DNA of 36,983 nt from a virus (taxonomy: Duplodnaviria > Heunggongvirae > Uroviricota > Caudoviricetes), in the IMG/VR virus record IMGVR_UViG_3300028920_001939, one strand, 5' to 3'. Every line of letters begins with the position of its first letter. Position 1 is the stretch's first letter. The translations under genes and the position numbers were made by a program. The notes under the pieces were generated by a model that made no database searches, was not told the origin of the DNA, and saw only the letters and a program-made list of their open reading frames with translations. This document shows, piece after piece, positions 1 to 7,705 of this stretch.

Positions 1-148
1 TAAGTTGAATTGAAAGATAAAGAAAGAGAATATGAGATGTTAATAGAAGATTTAGCAAATATGTGAATAGATATGAAAATCAAATTTATGGAGAAGATAG
101 GTAAATTTTTTCACGATTTGTTTGAAACTTTTGAGAGGATGCGATAAG

Positions 149-451
149 ATGATAATATTGTATATGATACTGATATTTACAGCAGGTATATTTTTCGGTT
201 ATGGCTTACGAAGTAATATAAGAGATCTTTTACGAAGTATTCATTATCATATTTGGGCTTTCTGGAATTATAAGATACTGAAAAGACCTGAACCTGATCC
301 AATTGAAACTTTGTATGATATGATGCCGCTTGTTATGATGGCTGGTTTAACTGCTTCTGTTGCAAGTAGTTTAAATAAAGCTATAGGTAAAGAAAAGATA
401 GAATATATGGCAAAGAAGAAGTCGTCTACCGGGAGAAAACTTAAAAGGTGA
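149..451 (+). CDS. Hypothetical membrane protein (N-terminal TM, basic C-terminus)
   Basis: ORF track 122..451; ATG 149 follows an upstream mini-ORF stop (TAA 145-147) and begins a hydrophobic stretch MIILYMILIFTAGIFFGYGL. Confidence 0.6.
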   Translation: MIILYMILIFTAGIFFGYGLRSNIRDLLRSIHYHIWAFWNYKILKRPEPDPIETLYDMMPLVMMAGLTASVASSLNKAIGKEKIEYMAKKKSSTGRKLKR

Positions 452-456
452 TCGAT

Positions 457-900
457 ATGGAAGGAAAAACATTTGTTAGATTAGTAGGAATAATTATTGC
501 AATTCTTATCTTTATAGCACTTGTTATATACATATGTTTTCCTGTATGCGCCTGTCCTGGTGGTAATTCTGTTGTTTATGGTTATGGAGGAGAAGATATA
601 ACTATAGGACTTGTTGTTGCGATCCTTTGCACAAGCACTATTGTGTTGTTTGGGTTGAATCTAAAAGGTTATCTATCAAAAAGAGGCGCATCATTTAATT
701 CAATAGTTATAAGTTTTATATTTGTTATAGGAACTGCTCTGTTGAATGTTATAACATTTGCTTTCTTTATTAAACCAGATAATGAATATGTAATGCATGG
801 TGCAACAAGTAGTATGAATGCGCCAGAGATAATTAGTCCTTTGATAATCATTGGTGTTATTATGATTGTAGTGGGGATTGTTTATTCAAAGATAAGGTGA
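457..900 (+). CDS. Polytopic membrane protein (about 4 TM)
   Basis: ORF track 448..900; AGGTGA SD then ATG 457; four hydrophobic segments. Confidence 0.7.
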   Translation: MEGKTFVRLVGIIIAILIFIALVIYICFPVCACPGGNSVVYGYGGEDITIGLVVAILCTSTIVLFGLNLKGYLSKRGASFNSIVISFIFVIGTALLNVITFAFFIKPDNEYVMHGATSSMNAPEIISPLIIIGVIMIVVGIVYSKIR

Positions 901-910
901 GGGATCTAAA

Positions 911-1189
911 ATGAAAGTTATTGCTATAGGTAACAGTATGAAACCAACTAAACCTTTTGTTAGTATTCTTACTATTAAGAAACAAAAAGAGTATCACGTT
1001 GGTGATATCGTGTCATTTAGAGGAAAAGGGAAACTATGGGGAAGATATTGCCATAGGATTGTAAAGATTGATGATAAAGTGTTTACTGCTAAAGGCGACA
1101 ACAGAGTTGTTATTGAGAAGTATGAAAAGGATGTTCCTATAAGAAATATAATTGGGAAGGTAATGAATGATAGTAGCAATATATGTTAG
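911..1189 (+). CDS. Peptidase S26 (SEC11/archaeal signal peptidase I-like) catalytic domain without membrane anchor
   Basis: GNSMKP (catalytic Ser box), GDIVSF, HRIV (His general base of the SEC11 type), KGDN and IIGKV motifs. Confidence 0.8.
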   Translation: MKVIAIGNSMKPTKPFVSILTIKKQKEYHVGDIVSFRGKGKLWGRYCHRIVKIDDKVFTAKGDNRVVIEKYEKDVPIRNIIGKVMNDSSNIC

Positions 1190-1811
1190 AGTATCAACAA
1201 GAACACAAGAATCAGAGAATCAATTAATACAATTAAGAAAGTATTGTGAAAGATCTGATTGGACTATCTATAAAGAGTATGTTGATATTATATCAGGGAA
1301 AGAAGAAAAAAGACCTGAATATGATAAATTATTTACAGAAGCACATCAGAAAAAATTTGATGGTGTTTTATTTTGGGCTTTAGATAGATTTTCTCGTTCC
1401 GGAACATTATTTACTTTACAAAAGTTGAATGAATTAGATAAGCTTGGTATATTCTGGCATAGTTATCAAGAACCTTACTTTAGTAGTGTAGGAGAATTCA
1501 AAGATGTTGTAATATCAATAATGGCAACACTTGCAAAGATAGAGAGAAAACGTATAAGTGAAAGAACTAAAGCCGCTTTTCAAAAAGATAAGAAAGGTGT
1601 TACAGTATCGGTTAAACACGGTAAGAAAGTTGGGAGAAGTTCTATACCTGTGGATGTTGAGAAATTAGTAGTATCTTATCTTAAACAAGATAATCGTCCA
1701 AGCTATAGAGAGATCTCAAAGATGGTTAAGTATAAAACTAAACGTGGTAAAGAACATAATATTAGTCCTGCTCAAATAACACAAATCAAAAAGAAGTATA
1801 ATATTGTTTAG
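1167..1811 (+). CDS. Small serine recombinase (resolvase/invertase family) with C-terminal HTH
   Basis: YVRVST (catalytic Ser), SG...RP, LDRFSR, ERKRISERTK helix E; C-terminal SYREISKMV helix. Confidence 0.92.
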   Translation: MIVAIYVRVSTRTQESENQLIQLRKYCERSDWTIYKEYVDIISGKEEKRPEYDKLFTEAHQKKFDGVLFWALDRFSRSGTLFTLQKLNELDKLGIFWHSYQEPYFSSVGEFKDVVISIMATLAKIERKRISERTKAAFQKDKKGVTVSVKHGKKVGRSSIPVDVEKLVVSYLKQDNRPSYREISKMVKYKTKRGKEHNISPAQITQIKKKYNIV

Positions 1812-1885
1812 AAATCGGGTATCAAAAATGTTATCAAGAAAATTTGAAAAAATCGGATGTTTAAAAACTACACGATTTATAAACA

Positions 1886-1980
1886 TAAAGAGGCGATAGA
1901 TAATGGTGAGTGATTTTTTTATCCCATCCATTCCATATCACTATGGAAATCTCCTAGCGCCATTATCCGCCAAATCTTTA
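1886..1980 (+). ncRNA. BHB-flanked structured RNA unit 1
   Basis: TAAAGA/TCTTTA outer helix; GGCG/CGCC 4-bp central helix; 3-nt bulges ATA (1896-1898) and AAA (1972-1974); 10-bp inner stem GATAATGGTG/CGCCATTATC. Confidence 0.8.
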
Positions 1981-2124
1981 AAAGGCGATAGAGTAACAGA
2001 ATATAATAGTATTCTGCGTGCATCAGGAAGTATGACCGTGCTATTACGGTGGTTTCATCTCGACTTTTTTTGCTTTCTCAGTAAAACTACAGATGAAACG
2101 AATCTCCGTTACTCCGCTAAATTT
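1981..2124 (+). ncRNA. BHB-flanked structured RNA unit 2 (multibranched interior)
   Basis: AAA/TTT outer helix; GGCG/CGCT central helix; bulges ATA (1988-1990) and AAA (2119-2121); inner GAGTAAC/GTTACTC; internal stems CAGAATA/TATTCTG, ACCGTG/TACGGT, GTTTCATCT/AGATGAAAC. Confidence 0.78.
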
Positions 2125-2127
2125 AAT

Positions 2128-2211
2128 AAGAGTGGTAAGATAGAGGGAATAAAGGTGTAATTATGTACCCACATCACATCCTCAATAAATTCTCTCTATC
2201 CCACAAATCTT
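2128..2211 (+). ncRNA. BHB-flanked structured RNA unit 3
   Basis: AAGA/TCTT outer helix; GTGG/CCAC central helix; bulges TAA (2136-2138) and AAA (2205-2207); 12-bp inner stem GATAGAGGGAAT/ATTCTCTCTATC. Confidence 0.8.
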
Positions 2212-2225
2212 CGAGTTGATATAAA

Positions 2226-2402
2226 ATGGAATTGATGTTGATTGGTATAGGTTTTATTCTTACTATTCTTGGCATTATCAATATCTTGCTTAGATGGTGT
2301 TGTACTGACGCAGAAATGATTAGTTGGTTTATGTTTATCGGTGGAATAATTATCACTATACTTGGATATATTGTTGCACCGTTATCAGAGGTGACATTAT
2401 GA
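2226..2402 (+). CDS. Small 2-TM membrane protein (58 aa, not in ORF track)
   Basis: Manual translation MELMLIGIGFILTILGIINILLRW...; stop overlaps the next ATG (ATGA). Confidence 0.65.
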   Translation: MELMLIGIGFILTILGIINILLRWCCTDAEMISWFMFIGGIIITILGYIVAPLSEVTL

Positions 2403-2626
2403 GTTTATCAGAAAAAATAATTAATGGTGTTGCTTTTGTAATTGCAGTTTTCATTGGTGTTTTAACTTTGTGGTGGATTGCTGATATGATTGATTTTGAG
2501 TATTATAGTAATAACCCAGAAGAATATACAGAAAAAGAGATTGATCCAAAACTGATATTACAAGAAAGATACGCAAGAGGCGAAATAGGTAGTTTAGAAT
2601 ATTTAGAAAGAATGACAAGGTTATGA
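2399..2626 (+). CDS. Membrane protein with C-terminal SHOCT domain
   Basis: GAGGTGA SD before ATG 2399; one TM then ILQERYARGEIGSLEYLERMTRL, a SHOCT-like pattern. Confidence 0.75.
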   Translation: MSLSEKIINGVAFVIAVFIGVLTLWWIADMIDFEYYSNNPEEYTEKEIDPKLILQERYARGEIGSLEYLERMTRL

Positions 2627-2627
2627 T

Positions 2628-4844
2628 ATGGAAGTACCACTAATAGCTAAACCAATTGTGAAATACAACAGAGAATACTTCGAGATATGGCATAACAAGA
2701 GTAAGAAGCATATTGAATCACCTATCAAACCCTATTTCTACAGTTACAAACCAGATTTGTTATCAGGCGATATCGAGATAAAACAGATACAAGCAAAGGC
2801 ACTATCAAACATGAAAGAGAGAACCTTTTACAAGTATGAATTTAATTTAAGAAGTGAATTAGTTAAATCAATAGAAGATGGTGTTACTTTTGAAGATAAT
2901 ATACCATTTGTTATCAGAAACAGAATTGATAATCCAGAGATATTCAGAAGATACAGAAATTCAGAAGAATTAACTTTCTTGTTTCTTGATATAGAACAGT
3001 ATTGTCCACCGGGTGAACCCTTTCCTTCTTATGAAGATAGATTGTTATCAATAGCGTGGTGCACCAACGATAGAATAATCAAATGTGCTTATCTTAAAGA
3101 AGATAATACAACTGATAAGAAACTTCTGAACTTATTCTTGAATAAATACAAAGAGATAGACCCAGATGTTATCGTGGTATTCAATAAGTCATATGATATA
3201 CCAACGATTATCAGAAGATGTGAAAGAAATGGATTAGATATCAAGAGATTATCAAGAGATTCAAGTAAACCTGAGCTTGACAAACACGGCAATATCAATA
3301 TTGGTGGCGTTATTGTATATGATGTTTATGATTCTGTTAGAGATGATCAATCACTTACAGGCAACGTGCCTAATCGTGGATTAAAAGCAGTATCAGATTA
3401 CTTTGGTTTTAATAGTGAAAGAGAACCTTTGACTAATAAAGAGATACAGATGTATATAGGTAAGAAAGAATTAACAGATTACAACAAAGATGATATAAGA
3501 AGAACACTACACTTGTTTGATATTTATTGGGATAACATAGAATTCAACGCAAACGATTTGGGTATACCACTTAACGAAGCATTAGATTTAAACATATCAA
3601 ATCTCGGTCTTATTGTTATAGGCGACGCTTATAGAGAATACAATATCATAGCAGATGGTAAGAATGAAGATAGATTTCCAGAGATATTCCAGAGAGGGAA
3701 AAGTCAATTTGAATCTAATTATGAAGGTGCTTTAGTAGATATAGCAAGAACTGGATTGTTTGAACCTGTGCTTAAAGCAGATTACGGTAGTATGTATCCT
3801 ACAATTATGGCTGAATTTAACTTATCACCAGATACGACAACACTAATAGGATTTGAAGAATATGGTAAGTTTGATATAATCGAAGAAGATAATTGGTTTA
3901 TTTACAGAATACCAGATAAAGAATTGAATAAAACTATGGTGATTCAAGTTTTGAAGAATGTAAAAGGGTTTTCTGCAGAGTTAGTAAAAAAGTTCTTAAA
4001 AGAACGTTCTGAATACAAAAAACTATGGAAAACAACGAACAAAAAGCATTACCGTGTAAAAAGTGATAACCGAAAGGTTAAAGCGAATGGTGGAGTTTAT
4101 GGCAATCAGGGTTTTGGAAAGCATCCATTTGGATTTGTTCCAATTGCAATCGCAACTACCGGGCTGGGACGTGAATGTGCAACACTATTGATTGATATTT
4201 TAGATAAATTATACCCAGATTCAGTTATAGAGTGGGACACAGATGGAGTTTACTTCTCGGCGAAAGATGTTGATAAAGATAAGATACAACAGTTGTTTAT
4301 CAATGAGTTAGAAAAGAGATTTAAGAAGAAGTTAGAATTAACAATAGATATAGATGATTACGATAAGGGTTACTTTTACAAAGCGAAAAACTATGTTTTA
4401 CAGAAAGGTGATAACATAATATATCACGGCGTGGCTATGAAAGGTAGAAACAAAGATTTATTAAAGAAAAATCTTATACGGGATTTAGCGGTTTCTAAAC
4501 TATCAGGTAGTCCAACGCAACCGATAATAGATAAATATATGGAATTAGATTTCCCACTTAAATTCTTTGCTATGAATGTAACTTTGAGGCGACATATCAA
4601 TCAGTATAAAAATCCTGAATCAACACTATCATCAAGATTAGCGTTACGTGCTGAGAAACTCTTGAAGAAGAAACCCGAAATAGGTTCGATATATCACTAT
4701 GTTAAAACAAATCAAGATTATGAATTACTTGAGTTGGCGAATGTGAAAGATATAGATAAAGAATACTATAGAAATGAGATTAAAACAATCGCTGATATAT
4801 TTCAAGTAGTATTGAAAGAACCGAAAATAGATAAATGGTTATAG
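2628..4844 (+). CDS. polB: Family B DNA polymerase with 3'-5' exonuclease domain
   Basis: ExoI LDIEQ, ExoII FNKSYD, ExoIII YNKDD; Pol A DYGSMYPTIM, Pol B KVKANGGVYG, Pol C DTDG; C-terminal IDKWL. Confidence 0.95.
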   Translation: MEVPLIAKPIVKYNREYFEIWHNKSKKHIESPIKPYFYSYKPDLLSGDIEIKQIQAKALSNMKERTFYKYEFNLRSELVKSIEDGVTFEDNIPFVIRNRIDNPEIFRRYRNSEELTFLFLDIEQYCPPGEPFPSYEDRLLSIAWCTNDRIIKCAYLKEDNTTDKKLLNLFLNKYKEIDPDVIVVFNKSYDIPTIIRRCERNGLDIKRLSRDSSKPELDKHGNINIGGVIVYDVYDSVRDDQSLTGNVPNRGLKAVSDYFGFNSEREPLTNKEIQMYIGKKELTDYNKDDIRRTLHLFDIYWDNIEFNANDLGIPLNEALDLNISNLGLIVIGDAYREYNIIADGKNEDRFPEIFQRGKSQFESNYEGALVDIARTGLFEPVLKADYGSMYPTIMAEFNLSPDTTTLIGFEEYGKFDIIEEDNWFIYRIPDKELNKTMVIQVLKNVKGFSAELVKKFLKERSEYKKLWKTTNKKHYRVKSDNRKVKANGGVYGNQGFGKHPFGFVPIAIATTGLGRECATLLIDILDKLYPDSVIEWDTDGVYFSAKDVDKDKIQQLFINELEKRFKKKLELTIDIDDYDKGYFYKAKNYVLQKGDNIIYHGVAMKGRNKDLLKKNLIRDLAVSKLSGSPTQPIIDKYMELDFPLKFFAMNVTLRRHINQYKNPESTLSSRLALRAEKLLKKKPEIGSIYHYVKTNQDYELLELANVKDIDKEYYRNEIKTIADIFQVVLKEPKIDKWL

Positions 4845-4857
4845 TGGAGGAAAGAAA

Positions 4858-5178
4858 ATGAAATTTGGTAGAAGAAAAAGTAGTATGAAAACTATGACGC
4901 AAGAAGATATAGACAAAGGACTTGAAGAATTGTTTAAGGGGCAGAAAAAACCAGAAGAAAAATCAGTTGTTCAACAGAGAGAAAATTTGCCAAGAGCAGG
5001 AGCCCCAAAACTATCATTCGAGCCAGAACCTGAACCAGAGCCAGAAGAAGAAGAAACGTATTGGACTGGTGAAGATTGGGAGAAATGGGCTTATTCTATG
5101 TATAAGAACTATCCCGATTCGAGAAACTTCTTGCCAGAGTGGTTTTTGAAAGCAATACAAGATGCACTAAATCAATAA
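4858..5178 (+). CDS. Hypothetical protein with acidic EP/E low-complexity linker
   Basis: GGAGG SD; EPEPEPEPEEEE tract; fills the gap between polB and the AAA+ gene. Confidence 0.7.
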   Translation: MKFGRRKSSMKTMTQEDIDKGLEELFKGQKKPEEKSVVQQRENLPRAGAPKLSFEPEPEPEPEEEETYWTGEDWEKWAYSMYKNYPDSRNFLPEWFLKAIQDALNQ

Positions 5179-5183
5179 GTTGG

Positions 5184-6167
5184 GTGGGTAATATCTTAAA
5201 CAACTTTGTAGGTTACACCAGCAATATAAGAGATTTAGAGAATTGGTTATCAGATTTCTTTGATAACAAAAACAGAGAAAACAACTATGCGATAGTAGTT
5301 GGTAAATCAGGTAACGGTAAAACATATCTTGTAGAGAAATTAGCAAACAGATTTAAATCTCAATTATTTAGAATAACACCAGATGATATACAAGATAACA
5401 ACGATATCAATAATGTGATTAAATCTCTTAATCTGTATAACCCACTTGAGGGAAGTAGGCGAAAGATTATTCTTATTGATGATATAGATGAGTTTTATTA
5501 TGTCTATAGGAATAGACTAATAAAAGATTTGCCAAGATTATCACTTAACCCTGTTATCTTTACGAGTAAATCGTTTAAATTCCCACCAGAGTTTAAGAAT
5601 TATTCTTTAAAAGTTGGTAAGAAGAAAACTTGGTATGTTTTAATTGATCCATTTGAATATAATGTTTATCAATTTCTAAAAACATTACCTTCTGATTATT
5701 CTGATAAACAACTGAAAGATATAGCATACAAATCTCCTTCTGTAAGAAGCGCAATATTATCTCTGAATGGACCCATTAATGATATAATAGAAACAGATGT
5801 AACAAGATGGGATAACATTAGAAACATTAAAGAGAGAAAATTCAACGAACCGCTTACGAGAAGGAACAAAAAATATATATTTAACAGTATCAGAGGTTGT
5901 AATAATGGTACATTATATGATTTGAGTGCTGTTGTAGATAAGTTTCTTGATTTTAACGAGAGAATCGTGTGCAAACACGAAACACATGATGGTGTATCTG
6001 AAGGGATTAACTGTTGGTTTATCAATAATATGAAAGAACCGGTCACAAAAGTTAAGTGGTATTATACTTATAGTAAGAAAAAAGGTAATAATAAAAGTAA
6101 GAAGGTAATAGAGAAGAAACCGAAAAAGAAGATTGTTAAAAAGACCCAGATGGACAAGTGGTTATAA
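5184..6167 (+). CDS. Clamp-loader (RFC large subunit-like) AAA+ protein
   Basis: Walker A GKSGNGKT, Walker B ILIDDID, LENWL before Walker A, Lys-rich tail ending in PIP-like TQMDKWL; GTG 5184 preferred over the track start 5139. Confidence 0.8.
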   Translation: MGNILNNFVGYTSNIRDLENWLSDFFDNKNRENNYAIVVGKSGNGKTYLVEKLANRFKSQLFRITPDDIQDNNDINNVIKSLNLYNPLEGSRRKIILIDDIDEFYYVYRNRLIKDLPRLSLNPVIFTSKSFKFPPEFKNYSLKVGKKKTWYVLIDPFEYNVYQFLKTLPSDYSDKQLKDIAYKSPSVRSAILSLNGPINDIIETDVTRWDNIRNIKERKFNEPLTRRNKKYIFNSIRGCNNGTLYDLSAVVDKFLDFNERIVCKHETHDGVSEGINCWFINNMKEPVTKVKWYYTYSKKKGNNKSKKVIEKKPKKKIVKKTQMDKWL

Positions 6168-6469
6168 TGAAAAGAGATAAAAGTTATAGTAGTTTGGTGC
6201 TGTTGGTTTTCGTAAGGAATATAGATAAAGAGAAATGTGATTCTATCAAACAACTGATAGATATATCCGATAAGTTAGGTGAAAAAATAGGTTATAAAAC
6301 AGATATAAGTTATGATACGAAACTATCAATAATAAATGATATGATAGATAGGGGTATCTTAATAAAAGGTAAAAGAACTGAAACACAACCTATATCTGTA
6401 AAACCGGAGGTAAGAGAATATATTGTTGAGGCATTATCAAAAGTGAGAATGATGAAAGATGGAAGTTGA
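6167..6469 (+). CDS. Putative winged-helix DNA-binding protein
   Basis: TAATG coupling to the RFC-like gene; LSIINDMIDRGILIK helix plus wing-like segment. Confidence 0.55.
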   Translation: MKRDKSYSSLVLLVFVRNIDKEKCDSIKQLIDISDKLGEKIGYKTDISYDTKLSIINDMIDRGILIKGKRTETQPISVKPEVREYIVEALSKVRMMKDGS

Positions 6470-6761
6470 TTCTGATAAGAGAAAGTATAAGATATGGTTC
6501 GATGAAATCTGTTTAGGGAAGCAACAAATAAGAAAAGTTGGTAATAGCTTCGTTATAACAATTCCAAAATCAATGCTAGAACGAAATAAATTGAAAAAAG
6601 GTGATAATGTAATTCCCATATTGCTTATGCGAAAAAGAAAGTTAGTTGGGGAAGCAGATGAAGGTTTTGAATGGTTAAAAGTTTCTAAGCAAGACAGAAT
6701 TAGGTTCAAAAGGTATTTGAAAGATATGGAAGATTTAGAGCATGCGGCGCAAAAAAATTAG
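6459..6761 (+). CDS. AbrB/MazE/SpoVT family DNA-binding protein
   Basis: IRKVGNSFVITIPKSMLERNKLKKGDNV signature. Confidence 0.85.
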   Translation: MEVDSDKRKYKIWFDEICLGKQQIRKVGNSFVITIPKSMLERNKLKKGDNVIPILLMRKRKLVGEADEGFEWLKVSKQDRIRFKRYLKDMEDLEHAAQKN

Positions 6762-6794
6762 TCCAAAATCTCCAGAGAGAAACCGTAATGTTCC

Positions 6795-6933
6795 GGTTGT
6801 GGTCGTATATACGTGCAACAGAAGTACGTGTATATACGAGACTAGTACTAGTTATATGTACACACTTTTTCATAATACCTTTTTGGATATGGCGAGGGCT
6901 TTAGCCCCTCGCCTAATATCCCACAACCAAAGG
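6795..6933. other. Palindrome- and hairpin-rich intergenic element (candidate origin, regulatory site or ncRNA)
   Basis: TCGTATATAC/GTATATACGA inverted repeat (6803-6812/6830-6839), perfect palindrome ACTAGTACTAGT (6841-6852), GC-rich hairpin 6886-6920, long-range GGTTGTGG/CCACAACC pairing. Confidence 0.55.
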
Positions 6934-6940
6934 TGGTAAA

Positions 6941-7192
6941 ATGGTTATAAAAAAAATCTGGGATTACCAAAATAGACTTGAGGAGATAGGAAAAAAATTC
7001 GTTGAGAAGAATATGAAACACCTACGAATGTTTCCCAAGATTATCATCTTCTTTAGCATAACATACTGGCATAGTTTGTTTATTAGTTGCCAACTTGATT
7101 TATATATGTGGCTATTTGTTACACTTAGCTTTGGTCTTTTCATATTCATATTTCCATTTTCTAAATTCATCAAGCTTGATAATAATCAATAA
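6941..7192 (+). CDS. Hypothetical 2-TM membrane protein
   Basis: AGGTGG SD; two hydrophobic segments. Confidence 0.65.
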   Translation: MVIKKIWDYQNRLEEIGKKFVEKNMKHLRMFPKIIIFFSITYWHSLFISCQLDLYMWLFVTLSFGLFIFIFPFSKFIKLDNNQ

Positions 7193-7335
7193 TGATCAAA
7201 TCTTTTAAAAGGAAAGAACTTAATCTGACCTTACCGAGAGTGGTCACCAGGTAGAGTAAAGGTATGCTAGAATACCAAAAAAATTTAATAATGTTTATAA
7301 GCATAAATACGATACATAATAATAAGGTAAAATCT

Positions 7336-7698
7336 ATGAGTAAAGAAGAAGATATATTACAACAACTGAAAAAACACAAGTCGCTTACACACTTAGAATT
7401 GGAGCTACTGAATAACATTCCCTATAATTCTGTTAGAGCCCGGATCTCAAATCTTCGCAAAAAAGGTATTGATATCAAATACGATATGGTAGAAACAGGG
7501 AAATATATTCTATCTGAAGATTATCAACTACTTAACTACCTTGCTAAAAATAGATTATTCAACCGGGAAATATCAATTAAAAAGGTAGCGAAAGAGTTAA
7601 GTGTAAAGGAAGACGATTTGAAGTTATTAGTATCAAAATTGTTTGATAGGTATGATATCATTCAATTGTCACCAGATAGGGTGATTATCAAAAATTGA
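7336..7698 (+). CDS. Helix-turn-helix (winged-helix) DNA-binding protein
   Basis: ILQQLKKHKSLTHLEL...SVRARISNLRKKGIDI pattern; ATG 7336 preferred to track start 7264. Confidence 0.7.
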   Translation: MSKEEDILQQLKKHKSLTHLELELLNNIPYNSVRARISNLRKKGIDIKYDMVETGKYILSEDYQLLNYLAKNRLFNREISIKKVAKELSVKEDDLKLLVSKLFDRYDIIQLSPDRVIIKN

Positions 7699-7705
7699 GG
7701 TAGAA

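Noticed and set aside
1167-1811. IS607-family transposase
   Set aside because: IS607 TnpA has an N-terminal MerR-like HTH and usually an adjacent tnpB; here the catalytic domain is N-terminal and no tnpB follows
2020-2060. Possible hammerhead ribozyme on the - strand (GAAAC...GUC...CUGAUG)
   Set aside because: Core reads CUGAUGC not CUGANGA and no stem I can be formed
1903-2160. 85-aa + strand ORF in the track
   Set aside because: Lies entirely within the base-paired BHB array, has no recognisable motif and no good SD; better explained as non-coding
1886-2211. tRNA gene or intron-containing tRNA
   Set aside because: Ligated exons give GGCGAUA/GUGGUAA loops with no D or T arms; no GTTCRA T-loop
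5021-5055. CCAGAA-type tandem repeat
   Set aside because: Simply encodes the EPEPEPEPEEEE linker
4922-5149. 75-aa ORF nested in 4858..5178
   Set aside because: Shadow of a purine-rich low-complexity gene; no SD or motif
6742-6939. 65-aa ORF in the track
   Set aside because: Overlaps the AbrB gene end and spans the palindrome cluster; no coding features
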